A stretch of 53,518 nucleotides of DNA, taken from positions 1 to 53,518 of IMG/VR virus record IMGVR_UViG_3300021373_003472; one strand, 5' to 3'. Below, piece by piece: positions 9,829 through 19,329 of the stretch. The notes beneath the pieces are model-generated. The model was given only the letters and a program-made list of their open reading frames with translations, was not told where the DNA came from and made no database searches. Each line of letters opens with the position of its first letter. Position 1 is the stretch's first letter. The translations under genes and the position numbers were made by a program. Source of the DNA: a virus. Lineage: Duplodnaviria > Caudoviricetes.

Positions 9829-11829
9829 TTATACGTTTTTCGCCTGTATTTTAAACCATTCAGTACCATCAGACCATACCATTATACCTTCATAACCACG
9901 GTTCATTGTAAATCCGCCTCCACCATCCAGTGTTTGTGAGCCAGAAGGAGATATGTCTATTTGATGTATATTATCTACAGTACTATCTGAAATAAATCTT
10001 ATAGTTCTATTAATTGAATTACCTGCAGTTGCATCTGGGAGCTGTACTGTAAAGGTTCCATTAGAACCTCTTTGGTGGGTTACTTTTACCATTGAAACAT
10101 TATCATATACACTTCCAGTTAGTATAATAGTTTCATTTGTATCACCTGATACAGGGGATGCTATTAGATAGTTAGATCCACTATGGACAACTGATGCTGT
10201 TATTTGTGGGGTAAGAATTGTACCATTTACTTGTAAATTTCCTCCTAAAACAGAATCCATTGCCGCAGGCATGTAAATGTTGTATGCATTTCCACCTACA
10301 TTCGTTGGTACTTCTGCATCAGCTAGTATGTTAGCAAAATCTCCAGATATAGCGAAATTACTGTTAACATTATTGAAAATTCTAAGATTTGCCACACTTG
10401 AAGCACTTCCTGAGGTAAGTGTGAGTGTAGTGGAAATACCATTTAAGCCACCTGTAACATTGGCATTACCGTTAGTAAAAGTAACCTTACTTATAGCACC
10501 GAATATATCTTCTATAGTTGTAGGAGAATTACCTGTTACTTGTATATTACCGGCAAGACTTTGGAGTTCTTTAGTTTGATTTGCTTGGGAATCAGCACTA
10601 CCACTTACTATAATAAGACCAGTTACACCAAACACTGTTCTTACTTTAGAGTAATCTAATATTTGTGTTCTATTAAAAATTCCATATATATCACCTGAGG
10701 TCGATCCGCTTACTCTTACATCAGTAAAATCTACCATACCTGCTAAAATAGGAGCATTACTTACAGAACCTGTAAAATCTGTATGTTGGTTATTTGCTAT
10801 AGTAAAACTAGAAGGATTTCTTATAAAGCTTTGTCTATAATAATTTGCATTATTTAGATCGTAATAAGAATCATCTGCAGTACCGTTGGTAAGGTATACA
10901 CTACCTGTAAGGTTAGTTTCTCCTATAACTCCTAAACTACCACTAACTATGGCAGAGCCGGTTGTTAAAGAACCACTTTGTAGTATCAGAGTACCTCCTA
11001 AAACAGAATCCATTGCAGCAGGCATGTAAATATTATATGAACCGCTTGTTGACTGTATTACATCACTGTCAGCTCTTAAATTAGCAAATGTTCCTTCTAT
11101 GTTAAAATTACTATTTATTGAATTTTCCAAAAGAATAGAATTAACATCTTTAGCACTACCTGTTGTAAGAGTAAGCTTATTCCATAAACCGGTGAAGAAC
11201 GGGGTATTGCTACCTGTATTTGTAAAGTTAGGATTATTTACAGTTACCCGATTGGGTATACCGATGAGTGTATTAACTTGAACAGAGCCTGTACCTGTGA
11301 TGTTTATATAGCTACCAAAATTTTCAAGTTGATCCAACTCTACTGATACTACGTCATCTCCGATTTGAGCAATACTTACTAGATTAAACAGATCATTCAT
11401 TTTAGTTTCACCAACTACTCTGGTTTGTTGATACAAACCGTAACCAGTAGGTCTTGCTGAACCGCTAATGTCTAATCTAGTGAAACTAGTCTCAGCAGCA
11501 AATAAATTGAAACTAGGTCCGGTTGAACCTGTAAAGTTTTGACTTTTACTATTTAATATTGTTAGAGAGGTAGGGTCTTTTGAAAAAAGATGGTGGTAGT
11601 ATTCTGCATTATTAAGAGCATATAAACTATCGTCTGCAGTACCGTTGGTAAGGTAAACACTACCTGTAAGGTTAGTTTGTCCTATAACTCCTAAACTACC
11701 ACTGACTATAGCAGAACCAGTATAAGGAAAAGCATCTGTCCCATCTGCTCCTGCAGGTCCAGTTAATCCAACAGAAGATACTGTTACTGTTGTAGTGTCA
11801 GGTGCTATTACAATTTTATTTTGTGCCAT
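9829..11829 (-). CDS. Fibre/receptor-binding-like protein with internal ~250-aa duplication
   Basis: 666 aa; short collagen-like GLTGPAGADG; duplicated TGSAIVSGSLGVIG.TNLTGSVYLTNGTADDS and YNIYMPAAMDSVLGG; C-terminal TVQLP...TLDG...SDGTEWF typical of fibre domains. Confidence 0.65.
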   Translation of the reverse strand: MAQNKIVIAPDTTTVTVSSVGLTGPAGADGTDAFPYTGSAIVSGSLGVIGQTNLTGSVYLTNGTADDSLYALNNAEYYHHLFSKDPTSLTILNSKSQNFTGSTGPSFNLFAAETSFTRLDISGSARPTGYGLYQQTRVVGETKMNDLFNLVSIAQIGDDVVSVELDQLENFGSYINITGTGSVQVNTLIGIPNRVTVNNPNFTNTGSNTPFFTGLWNKLTLTTGSAKDVNSILLENSINSNFNIEGTFANLRADSDVIQSTSGSYNIYMPAAMDSVLGGTLILQSGSLTTGSAIVSGSLGVIGETNLTGSVYLTNGTADDSYYDLNNANYYRQSFIRNPSSFTIANNQHTDFTGSVSNAPILAGMVDFTDVRVSGSTSGDIYGIFNRTQILDYSKVRTVFGVTGLIIVSGSADSQANQTKELQSLAGNIQVTGNSPTTIEDIFGAISKVTFTNGNANVTGGLNGISTTLTLTSGSASSVANLRIFNNVNSNFAISGDFANILADAEVPTNVGGNAYNIYMPAAMDSVLGGNLQVNGTILTPQITASVVHSGSNYLIASPVSGDTNETIILTGSVYDNVSMVKVTHQRGSNGTFTVQLPDATAGNSINRTIRFISDSTVDNIHQIDISPSGSQTLDGGGGFTMNRGYEGIMVWSDGTEWFKIQAKNV

Positions 11830-12221
11830 TACGGTATAGTTGTTACTTGTTTAGATAATTTGACATTTCCTTCTAATAATCTTATTACATATTCACAGTT
11901 ACTTCCTGAGTATATTTCTAAATCATATACACCTTCAGTAAAATCTAAAGCAGATGAACTAACAGCAGAAATGAATATACCAATAGAGCCAGAGGTAGGA
12001 GGATTATCTCCATTTGAACCACTAAAATTTAATCCTGTACCACAAGGACCTAAACTACTAGAGAGGTTAATATAAACATCTCCTCCAATTGCAGATTTAA
12101 TAGACATTCTACCACTATAGTCAGTAAGATCAACAGGATCATTATTCCCGTCTTTATACTCAATTTGAAAATCTGTGGTAGCGCCTTGTTCTATTACAAA
12201 ATTATATTTTCCAGCTGCCAT
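11829..12221 (-). CDS. Small virion protein (BppU-like fibre/baseplate adaptor)
   Basis: IEQGAT, PVDLTDY, YDLEI, RLLEG pattern; translationally coupled to the fibre gene. Confidence 0.55.
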   Translation of the reverse strand: MAAGKYNFVIEQGATTDFQIEYKDGNNDPVDLTDYSGRMSIKSAIGGDVYINLSSSLGPCGTGLNFSGSNGDNPPTSGSIGIFISAVSSSALDFTEGVYDLEIYSGSNCEYVIRLLEGNVKLSKQVTTIP

Positions 12222-12235
12222 TACTACGTTTTATT

Positions 12236-12243
12236 TATAAATA
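12236..12243 (-). promoter_or_regulatory. Putative late promoter TATTTATA
   Basis: 14 nt upstream of ATG 12221; a second copy at 12263-12270. Confidence 0.6.
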
Positions 12244-12248
12244 TTAGG

Positions 12249-12986
12249 TTAGTTTTTATTATTATAAATATAAGAACCTGATGTAATTATTGAGATGCCT
12301 TTTTCTATTGCTTCTTGATAGTATTCTAATAAATCTTCTACTATAGGGTCTCTATGGTTTGTATTTAATGTAATAGCAGCTAAATTTTTAATTCTTCTTC
12401 CTGCTTTATATAAAAATTTAAATCCAGATTCATCACGTTTTTTTAAATCAATTTGATGATCATCTCCACATATAATCATTTTACTTCTTAAACCAATTCG
12501 AGAAGTAATCATTTCCATTTGTTCATGAGTAACATTTTGGGCTTCATCTACAATTATAAGGGAATTTAAAAATGTTCTTCCTCTCATAAAAGATACGGGA
12601 ACAATTTCTATTTTATCATCTGAAATTAATTGTTCTACTTTTAATTTATCATATAATGAGTAAAAATTTTGGTAAATTGGTTGTACCCAGGGATCCATTT
12701 TTTCTCTTAAATCTCCAGGTAAAAAACCTATTTCTTCTTTTGAAACTGTAGGACGTGTAATAATAATTTTGTCATACATTCTTCTTAATAAACCATCAAG
12801 AGCAACATTACAAGCTAAAAGTGTTTTTCCACTTCCAGCACCACCAGCTAATAGGGTGATTGTATTATCAAGTATAACCTGTTTTGCTTGTTTTTGTTCT
12901 TCATTAAGTTGTAGTTTAAACTTAATTGGGTTTTTTGGAATCCTTTTAGGACGATAGATCTCGTCCGTGTGCGGTTTTGACGCCAT
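12249..12986 (-). CDS. phoH: PhoH-like ATPase
   Basis: GGAGSGKT, ITRP, IGFLPGDLREKMDPW, FMRGRTF, IVDEAQN, GD..QIDL. Confidence 0.95.
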   Translation of the reverse strand: MASKPHTDEIYRPKRIPKNPIKFKLQLNEEQKQAKQVILDNTITLLAGGAGSGKTLLACNVALDGLLRRMYDKIIITRPTVSKEEIGFLPGDLREKMDPWVQPIYQNFYSLYDKLKVEQLISDDKIEIVPVSFMRGRTFLNSLIIVDEAQNVTHEQMEMITSRIGLRSKMIICGDDHQIDLKKRDESGFKFLYKAGRRIKNLAAITLNTNHRDPIVEDLLEYYQEAIEKGISIITSGSYIYNNKN

Positions 12987-13112
12987 AGACTTTTTAAATT
13001 ATAGGTTAGACAAATGATTAAAGCAAACAGTGTAAGTACGTTAAAAGACGAGTAAATTTGAATATAGTGATATAGTGAGATAAATAGTAATATACTCATT
13101 AACGTTGTTAGT

Positions 13113-13120
13113 TATACATA
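13113..13120 (-). promoter_or_regulatory. Putative late promoter variant TATGTATA
   Basis: Immediately after the capsid terminator, upstream of phoH. Confidence 0.45.
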
Positions 13121-13129
13121 TTTTAAGAT

Positions 13130-13155
13130 AAAAAAACCCGGCTAAAAGCCGGGTT
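13130..13155 (-). terminator. Intrinsic terminator after major capsid gene
   Basis: AACCCGGCT-aaa-AGCCGGGTT stem running into a T tract on the minus strand. Confidence 0.85.
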
Positions 13156-13183
13156 AATTTATAGAATTAATCTAAACTACTAA

Positions 13184-14812
13184 TTATAGAGAGTTTAAAC
13201 CGTTTACTTCTATGATACCATAGAATTCTGGTCTTACCATCTTCTTAGCATATCTAGTTAACAATCCTTTTCTTGGAGTGAAAGTATCTGGATCGTATAC
13301 TAGTGGGGTCATGATTAATGGAATGTATGGAGCAAATACAGCACCAGCTTCTAAGAACTGACCTCCTCTAAATCCTAATAAGATTTTGTTTTCAGTCATG
13401 TATGGGTTCTTATAAACTTTCTGACGGCTGTTTAAGCTACCTACTTTCTGAACACCGAATGCATAGTTAGCTTTAGATACATCACCATCTGAATCAGCAG
13501 CAAATCCTGGGATTGATTCCAAGATAGTACCTACAGTTGGAGAGCATACTAGGAAGTTAGCACCACCTCTAAGAGTTTTCTGGTGGATGATATTAGATAG
13601 TTTTTGGATTTTAGTTCCTAAAGTTTGGAACCATTGTCCTTGGCTATTGTAGAATCCTAAATCGGTTACTGTACCGTTAGCATCTTGAGCAATAGATCTG
13701 TTGTTAACAGCTGACCATACTTCTGTTCCAGCAGCAGCAGAATCAATTAACATATCTAAGATTTCTAGGTCAATTTCTAATGAAATGTACTCACTTAGGA
13801 TTGAAGTTAATTCAGCTTCAGCGTCTAGAGCGTGGTAAGCGTTAAGATCTTGAGCAAACTCAGGAGTCCATACAGCTTTTAGTTTTCTAGTTTTAGCAAC
13901 GATTGCAGATGATTTCATCTGTACGTTAATTTCTGGGATTGAGATTGGGTTGTTTTCACCGTTTAATCCAGTGTTACCGTCTTCAAAATCACCTCTGTAC
14001 TGATCAGTTGGTTGTAGTGAATACACTGCAATTGAATCAGAAGCTGGATCGATTGAATCTTCATCAACTACGAATTCAATGTTTGAACCATTGATTTTAG
14101 TAAATTGTGGATACTGTTCTGCATCAGTTGGGGCATTAGATCCTGTTAATCTAAATCCTCTGATAGCTTCAGCATCATAATTAGAATTTAATTGAGTAAG
14201 AGCTACTTCAACAACTACTACAGTTCCATCAACAATTGATTGAGAGAAGTCTGAATCATAATTAACATCTGACCATGTAGCAGATGAAGTTGTAAGTGAT
14301 GCATTAGCAATTACTGATTCTGTGTTATTGATAGAATATCCAAATCTACCAGCACCATAGAATCCTCCAGTATTTGTGTTACCAAATGGAGTATTTCCTC
14401 CAGCATCACCGTAAAGTGAATCTCCTGAAGTAAATGGAGCTTTATCAGTACCATATTGGAAATCTAGGAAAAATACTAGTCCAGAAGGTAAATTCATAGG
14501 TTGTACTGATACAAATTCTTGAGCTGCGATCTGTCCAAATACTTTACGTACCAATGGAAGAGCTACACCAGCCCATTGCTCACCAACACCAGCAGTAAAA
14601 GTACCTACAGAATTAGTACCTCCACCTGTTTGAGAGCTTTCAACTACAAGTTGTTTAGCTTGGTTTTCAAGGATGATTCCCATGTTGTTTTTCTGAGATC
14701 CTTTTAAACCTTCTAATAAACCTGTTTTTTCCCACTTTTCAGCTAGTCTAGCAGCATCGCCTTGTACTGAGTGATATGGGTTTGCACTTTCTAATAAAGT
14801 TTGTAAACTCAT
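13184..14812 (-). CDS. Major capsid protein, T4 gp23-like
   Basis: VQPMNLPSGLVF, AKTRKLKAVWTPEFAQDLNAYH.LDAEAEL, APYIPL, TRY motifs. Confidence 0.95.
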   Translation of the reverse strand: MSLQTLLESANPYHSVQGDAARLAEKWEKTGLLEGLKGSQKNNMGIILENQAKQLVVESSQTGGGTNSVGTFTAGVGEQWAGVALPLVRKVFGQIAAQEFVSVQPMNLPSGLVFFLDFQYGTDKAPFTSGDSLYGDAGGNTPFGNTNTGGFYGAGRFGYSINNTESVIANASLTTSSATWSDVNYDSDFSQSIVDGTVVVVEVALTQLNSNYDAEAIRGFRLTGSNAPTDAEQYPQFTKINGSNIEFVVDEDSIDPASDSIAVYSLQPTDQYRGDFEDGNTGLNGENNPISIPEINVQMKSSAIVAKTRKLKAVWTPEFAQDLNAYHALDAEAELTSILSEYISLEIDLEILDMLIDSAAAGTEVWSAVNNRSIAQDANGTVTDLGFYNSQGQWFQTLGTKIQKLSNIIHQKTLRGGANFLVCSPTVGTILESIPGFAADSDGDVSKANYAFGVQKVGSLNSRQKVYKNPYMTENKILLGFRGGQFLEAGAVFAPYIPLIMTPLVYDPDTFTPRKGLLTRYAKKMVRPEFYGIIEVNGLNSL

Positions 14813-14839
14813 GATTATTAGTTTTTTTTAGTTTTAAAA

Positions 14840-16021
14840 TTAAATAATTCCAGCTAATTTCTTAAATCTTTCAACCATAACATCGCTTTCAACGATTGGT
14901 TGTTTAGCAGTAGGAGCTGTACCTGTTGCTTTAGATGCGCTACCTTTTACTTCATTAATTGATTTTTTAGCTGAATCAGCAATTCCTTCATTTAATGTTT
15001 CAAAGACAACTTTTGCTTCTTTAACTGTAGATGCATTATCAAAAGCTTTTAATACTTTTAATTTTTTATCTTCAGATAAATTTTTAGATTTGAAGATTTT
15101 GTTAGTGTAAAGTAGTTTAGCATTTAGTAAATTAACTTCTTGAAGTTCTTTCTTAAGTTCCTCTACTTCAGCCATAGCTTCTTCTAAATTAACGGCATAA
15201 GCAGAAGTTGATTTTCCAACCTTTTTAGGATCTAGTTCTTTTTTACTAGCTCCTCTTGTAGGGTTGTTTTTCTCATTCCAGCTTACTTCGTCCATTTCTT
15301 CTAACTCTTCTTTTTCTTCCATCATGACATCCTCCATATCATCTTCCACTTCGATTTCTTCTCCACCTTCGGCTTCGAATTCTTCTCCAGCTTCTAATTC
15401 TCCAGATTCTACCATGTCTCTAATTACATCCTCAATAAATCCTTTAAGGTCGTCCTCAGACATATCCTCTAAATCAATTTCTTCATCTTCCATTTCACCT
15501 TCAGCTTCTTCGTCTTCGACTTCAATTTCGTCTTCAACTTCTTCTTCTTCAGTTACTTCTTCAGATTCTTCAATTTCTTCAGATTCTTTTACTTCCTCTT
15601 TTTCGTCATCTTTTTTAGCTTCTTTGACTTCGTCTTTTTCGTCGTCTTTTTTGGCTTCATCGATTTCTTCAGATTCAGTTACCTCTTCGTCTTCATTAAG
15701 TTCTGCAAGTAATTCGTCTAAGTTAACTTCTTCGTCAACTTCTTCTGCTTCAGTTACTTCATCAGACTCATTTACTTCTTCATTTTCTTCTACTGCTTCT
15801 ACTTCTTCAGAAACTTCTTCGGTCATATCGTCTTCTTCATACTTATCGTATCCTTCGTCAACGTCTTCCTTATCCATTTCTTCTAATTTAGCGGCTAACA
15901 TAGATTTCAAATGTGGAGTAAATGCTTCTTCTAAAGCAGCTTTAGCATTTGCTATAGCAGTTTCTTTAACAGCTTTAGCATCAGCAATTGCTTCTTTAAG
16001 CAAGTCTCTGTTGTTTGACAT
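14840..16021 (-). CDS. Prohead core/scaffold protein
   Basis: Very acidic, coiled-coil, located between protease and capsid genes, many (V/I/L)-x-E sites. Confidence 0.75.
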   Translation of the reverse strand: MSNNRDLLKEAIADAKAVKETAIANAKAALEEAFTPHLKSMLAAKLEEMDKEDVDEGYDKYEEDDMTEEVSEEVEAVEENEEVNESDEVTEAEEVDEEVNLDELLAELNEDEEVTESEEIDEAKKDDEKDEVKEAKKDDEKEEVKESEEIEESEEVTEEEEVEDEIEVEDEEAEGEMEDEEIDLEDMSEDDLKGFIEDVIRDMVESGELEAGEEFEAEGGEEIEVEDDMEDVMMEEKEELEEMDEVSWNEKNNPTRGASKKELDPKKVGKSTSAYAVNLEEAMAEVEELKKELQEVNLLNAKLLYTNKIFKSKNLSEDKKLKVLKAFDNASTVKEAKVVFETLNEGIADSAKKSINEVKGSASKATGTAPTAKQPIVESDVMVERFKKLAGII

Positions 16022-16046
16022 AATCGCAAAATTTAAATTTGTGAAA

Positions 16047-16108
16047 TACGTTTATTAGAAACGTAATAGGGTAAGTTATCTATATCTAATGCCATATAGA
16101 GATGGCAT
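16047..16108 (-). promoter_or_regulatory. Two hairpins in scaffold/capsid leader
   Basis: TACGTTT-attag-AAACGTA (16047-16065) and ATGCCAT-atagag-ATGGCAT (16089-16108). Confidence 0.45.
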
Positions 16109-16144
16109 ATTGTCAGTAATACGTATATGGATATTTTGTAAGAT

Positions 16145-16750
16145 TTACGAAAGTGGGCAAGAACCTTTAGAACAAAGTATTTCTCTTACAATAGTATTTA
16201 CCTTTGTATAATCATACTGCAAGGTTTGTTTACCTTCTTTAATAACATGCATAAATGAACCTGGGTTTGAAGGTGTAGAAACAAAATCCCAACATAATAG
16301 TTCAAAGTCATCTTGTACTTCCATTACATTACCATTTTGTTCTAATGAACCCATTCCTCTAGAAGAAACTCCTACAGTTACTCCCGCTTTAATTAGTTCT
16401 TTAAGTATATTTCCTGAAGGGGTAGGTAATATTTCTATTTTACCTATTACATTGTTCCCATCCCACCAATAATCTGAAATAAGATGTGATACATTTTGAA
16501 GATTTATAACTTGTGATTCAGGGTGGTCTAATTCCCCCATTGAACGTCTTTGCTTAATAAGTTCATCATATTTAGCCATTTCACGTTCCCATAAATCTTT
16601 AGCATAATATCTACCATTGCCATTTTTTACTTCAGCAGTAGCTAAAATACCTTCTACAAGCAAATTTCCAGTTTTTTCATTAACATTTTCAGTTAATTGA
16701 ACAGGGTTTGCTCTAAAAGTATGAGTTTCTATAAGTAATTTTTTACTCAT
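16145..16750 (-). CDS. Prohead protease, T4 gp21-like
   Basis: NGNGRYY, GELDHP, VGVSSRGMG, DFVSTPS. Confidence 0.93.
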   Translation of the reverse strand: MSKKLLIETHTFRANPVQLTENVNEKTGNLLVEGILATAEVKNGNGRYYAKDLWEREMAKYDELIKQRRSMGELDHPESQVINLQNVSHLISDYWWDGNNVIGKIEILPTPSGNILKELIKAGVTVGVSSRGMGSLEQNGNVMEVQDDFELLCWDFVSTPSNPGSFMHVIKEGKQTLQYDYTKVNTIVREILCSKGSCPLS

Positions 16751-17630
16751 TTTCGAAAGTTTCTACTTCGTCTACAATTTCTTCTTTTTGGTATTTTTTA
16801 CCAGCCATTTTTTCATACATTTTCTCCATCTTAGCTTTTCTTTTTTCTAAGATTTTAACTTCTTTTTGCATGGCTTTCATTTTGGTTTTATCTACTAATT
16901 CTGCTAAGTTAGCATCTTCAGAAACCATATTAATACGTTGTAATTTTCCCTCAATTACTTCATCTATTTTATCTAGTTTAGCTTCCATAGCTACAATATC
17001 AGCTTGTTTATCAATTTCAGCTAAATCAGTATCAATTGATTCTTTTTTAGGTTTTTTAGCTAGTTTTTTCTTTTCTTCTTTTTCACCAGCCATTTTTCCT
17101 TTTTCATATTCTTCAGCTCCATATCCTTCAGTCATTCCCCCCATTAAAGATTCTTTAACTACTTTTTTAAGTTTATCAGAATATCCACTAGAAGCATGTT
17201 TACCAGATACTTCTTCTAACTCAGTTTCTTGATACCCAATACCTTCAACTCCGAAAGCAGCATTTTTCATATAATACTGTCCATCTTTAGCTAAATTTTT
17301 AGCTACGATTTCTTTAATTTCTTCAATTGATTTATCTGGGTTTTGTTTTGATTCAAAATAAACACCATTCATTACTTCTTGACCAATTTGATTATCTAAA
17401 TTACTTTTATCAGTGTAATCAAAATTATGGGCTTGAGTTTCTTCAACTTCTTTAGTTACTTTTTTCTCTTCAACTTTTGCTTCTTCAGCTAAGTATTGAG
17501 CAAATTTATTTTCAAAATCAGCTTTAGGTGTAGAATCTAAATTACCAATAGCAGGAAGATCAACATATCCTAAATTTTCATTAATTAATTCTTTTTTTAC
17601 TGATTCGAATATTTTTTCTGAATTTTTCAT
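16743..17630 (-). CDS. Hypothetical head-associated protein
   Basis: 295 aa K/E-rich, in head module, with LINE/LAEE/VKES motifs. Confidence 0.65.
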   Translation of the reverse strand: MKNSEKIFESVKKELINENLGYVDLPAIGNLDSTPKADFENKFAQYLAEEAKVEEKKVTKEVEETQAHNFDYTDKSNLDNQIGQEVMNGVYFESKQNPDKSIEEIKEIVAKNLAKDGQYYMKNAAFGVEGIGYQETELEEVSGKHASSGYSDKLKKVVKESLMGGMTEGYGAEEYEKGKMAGEKEEKKKLAKKPKKESIDTDLAEIDKQADIVAMEAKLDKIDEVIEGKLQRINMVSEDANLAELVDKTKMKAMQKEVKILEKRKAKMEKMYEKMAGKKYQKEEIVDEVETFENE

Positions 17631-17875
17631 TCTTCTGGGGTGTTTAATAATGTTTCAATATCTTTTATATAGTCCTTAACTAGATCTGTTGGTTTAACAA
17701 CAGCAAAACTGTTAGGATTATCTCTGTAATATTTTATAGTTTCAATTTTAGCTTGACGTATTGTTTTTTTAATATTTTCTAAACGAGACTCTATATCATC
17801 AAAAACCATGATTCTTTTTTCATGGAATTTTTTTGCTTTGTCTTCTTCTTGTTCAATTAATCTATACTTATACAT
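17627..17875 (-). CDS. Hypothetical head-associated protein
   Basis: 82 aa, N-terminus MYKYRLIE. Confidence 0.65.
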   Translation of the reverse strand: MYKYRLIEQEEDKAKKFHEKRIMVFDDIESRLENIKKTIRQAKIETIKYYRDNPNSFAVVKPTDLVKDYIKDIETLLNTPEE

Positions 17876-17876
17876 A

Positions 17877-18443
17877 TTAAAAGTTTTTTACTTCCAAACC
17901 ACTACTTTTTTGGACATAATTCCCATTTTTATTTTTGGGTATTAATTTATATTTAAACTTTTTAACATAATAATTATCTTTAACTCCATCTGGTCCTGCC
18001 TTAGGACCAGGTCCTAATGTAGCACCAATATTTTCAGGAACAATTTCCTTTTGTTTTTTAGGTAATTTAAAAGCATATTTAGTTAAATAAGAACCAGCAC
18101 CCGCAGAAGTAGACATTTCATCTATTTCTTCTTCTGTCATACTTATTTTAGCATATTCTTTTTGATAATTATTTCTAATATGAGTTCTGTATCGATTAAA
18201 TAATGCTATTGCTTCTTTTGAGATCTTATCAATTTCATCATCATCAGTAACAGCAGATAATTTTTTTATATAATTTCTTAATTCTTTGAATTCTTTAAAA
18301 GTTCTAGTAATATTAGCTACATAATCAACTTTCCAAGAAATAGCACCAGTTTCAGGGTCTACATCATTAACAGTGTATTTAACACCGCCTTGTACTTTAG
18401 TATCCCCAACTTTAATTTCTTTAAGTTTATATTTGTACGACAT
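17877..18443 (-). CDS. Hypothetical head-associated protein
   Basis: 188 aa, N-terminus MSYKYKLKE. Confidence 0.65.
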   Translation of the reverse strand: MSYKYKLKEIKVGDTKVQGGVKYTVNDVDPETGAISWKVDYVANITRTFKEFKELRNYIKKLSAVTDDDEIDKISKEAIALFNRYRTHIRNNYQKEYAKISMTEEEIDEMSTSAGAGSYLTKYAFKLPKKQKEIVPENIGATLGPGPKAGPDGVKDNYYVKKFKYKLIPKNKNGNYVQKSSGLEVKNF

Positions 18444-19293
18444 TTGCTACTTTAATTTCTTTTATAAGTTCGTAGTATTGTAACAAGTCAACTAAATTAT
18501 CATTATTAACTTTAGCTGTTTTATCTAATTCAACTAAATACTTAGCTACTTCTTGGATTTTAATTTGAGTAGCTTTATCTTTAATGCTTTTAGCTTCTTC
18601 GTTCAAAGTAGCTTTTAATTCTTGAATTTTTGAGTTATAAAAATCTCTTAATCCTGGGGTTGAATCCACTGAATTAATAAATTCTTTAAGAACTTGTTTT
18701 TGTTCTTTTGATAAGTCCTGGTATTTGTTATTGAATTTTTCTAGGATTACTTTATATGTAAGAATTCTTACATCTTTATCATATGTAGAAAATTCTTTTA
18801 GTACGTCTTCTTTAATATTCTTAGCCTCAACTTCTTGTTTAGTTAAATGCTCTAATAAAGTAACTTTACTACTAATTAATTGATTAGCATCCACATTTTC
18901 TTTTACATTATAACCTTCAATTAAAGTATATAATGCAGCTAATTCTTTATAGTTTTTAATTTTAGAACCAAAGAAAACATCTAAATCGTAGTGTTTTTTA
19001 ATTTCATTAATTAAATTATATTTTAATTTTCTTAAAGTAGTACGATTGAATTTTTGAGAAGACTCTAAAATAGTACTAACTACCATATTAGCTCTTCCTT
19101 CATTTAAGACTTTAGACTTTAAAATTGATTCATACAATTTATACTCACGACCTAAAGAGGTTTTTACAAAATATTCTTTAAGGATATCTATAGCAGGAGA
19201 ATCAGACCCTTTAAGGGTATCAGCCGTAATTTGACGTACTAATAATTCAAATAATATCCCTGTATTTTTGTATTTTGAATGCTTAATCTTCAT
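18427..19293 (-). CDS. Hypothetical protein downstream of portal
   Basis: Helical ~288 aa; ATG at 19293 preferred over TTG at 19296; upstream TATTTATA. Confidence 0.7.
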   Translation of the reverse strand: MKIKHSKYKNTGILFELLVRQITADTLKGSDSPAIDILKEYFVKTSLGREYKLYESILKSKVLNEGRANMVVSTILESSQKFNRTTLRKLKYNLINEIKKHYDLDVFFGSKIKNYKELAALYTLIEGYNVKENVDANQLISSKVTLLEHLTKQEVEAKNIKEDVLKEFSTYDKDVRILTYKVILEKFNNKYQDLSKEQKQVLKEFINSVDSTPGLRDFYNSKIQELKATLNEEAKSIKDKATQIKIQEVAKYLVELDKTAKVNNDNLVDLLQYYELIKEIKVANVVQI

Positions 19294-19310
19294 CAAAAAA
19301 TATATTTATT

Positions 19311-19318
19311 TATAAATA
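19311..19318 (-). promoter_or_regulatory. Putative late promoter TATTTATA
   Basis: 17 nt upstream of ATG 19293. Confidence 0.6.
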
Positions 19319-19329
19319 TGTAGAAAATA

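Noticed and set aside
9829-11829. Near-identical repeats as DGR template/variable repeats
   Set aside because: Both copies are coding within one ORF, differences are not adenine-specific, and no reverse transcriptase is in the window
15264-16058. 264-aa Ser-rich plus-strand ORF
   Set aside because: Antisense shadow of the GAA/GAT-rich scaffold gene
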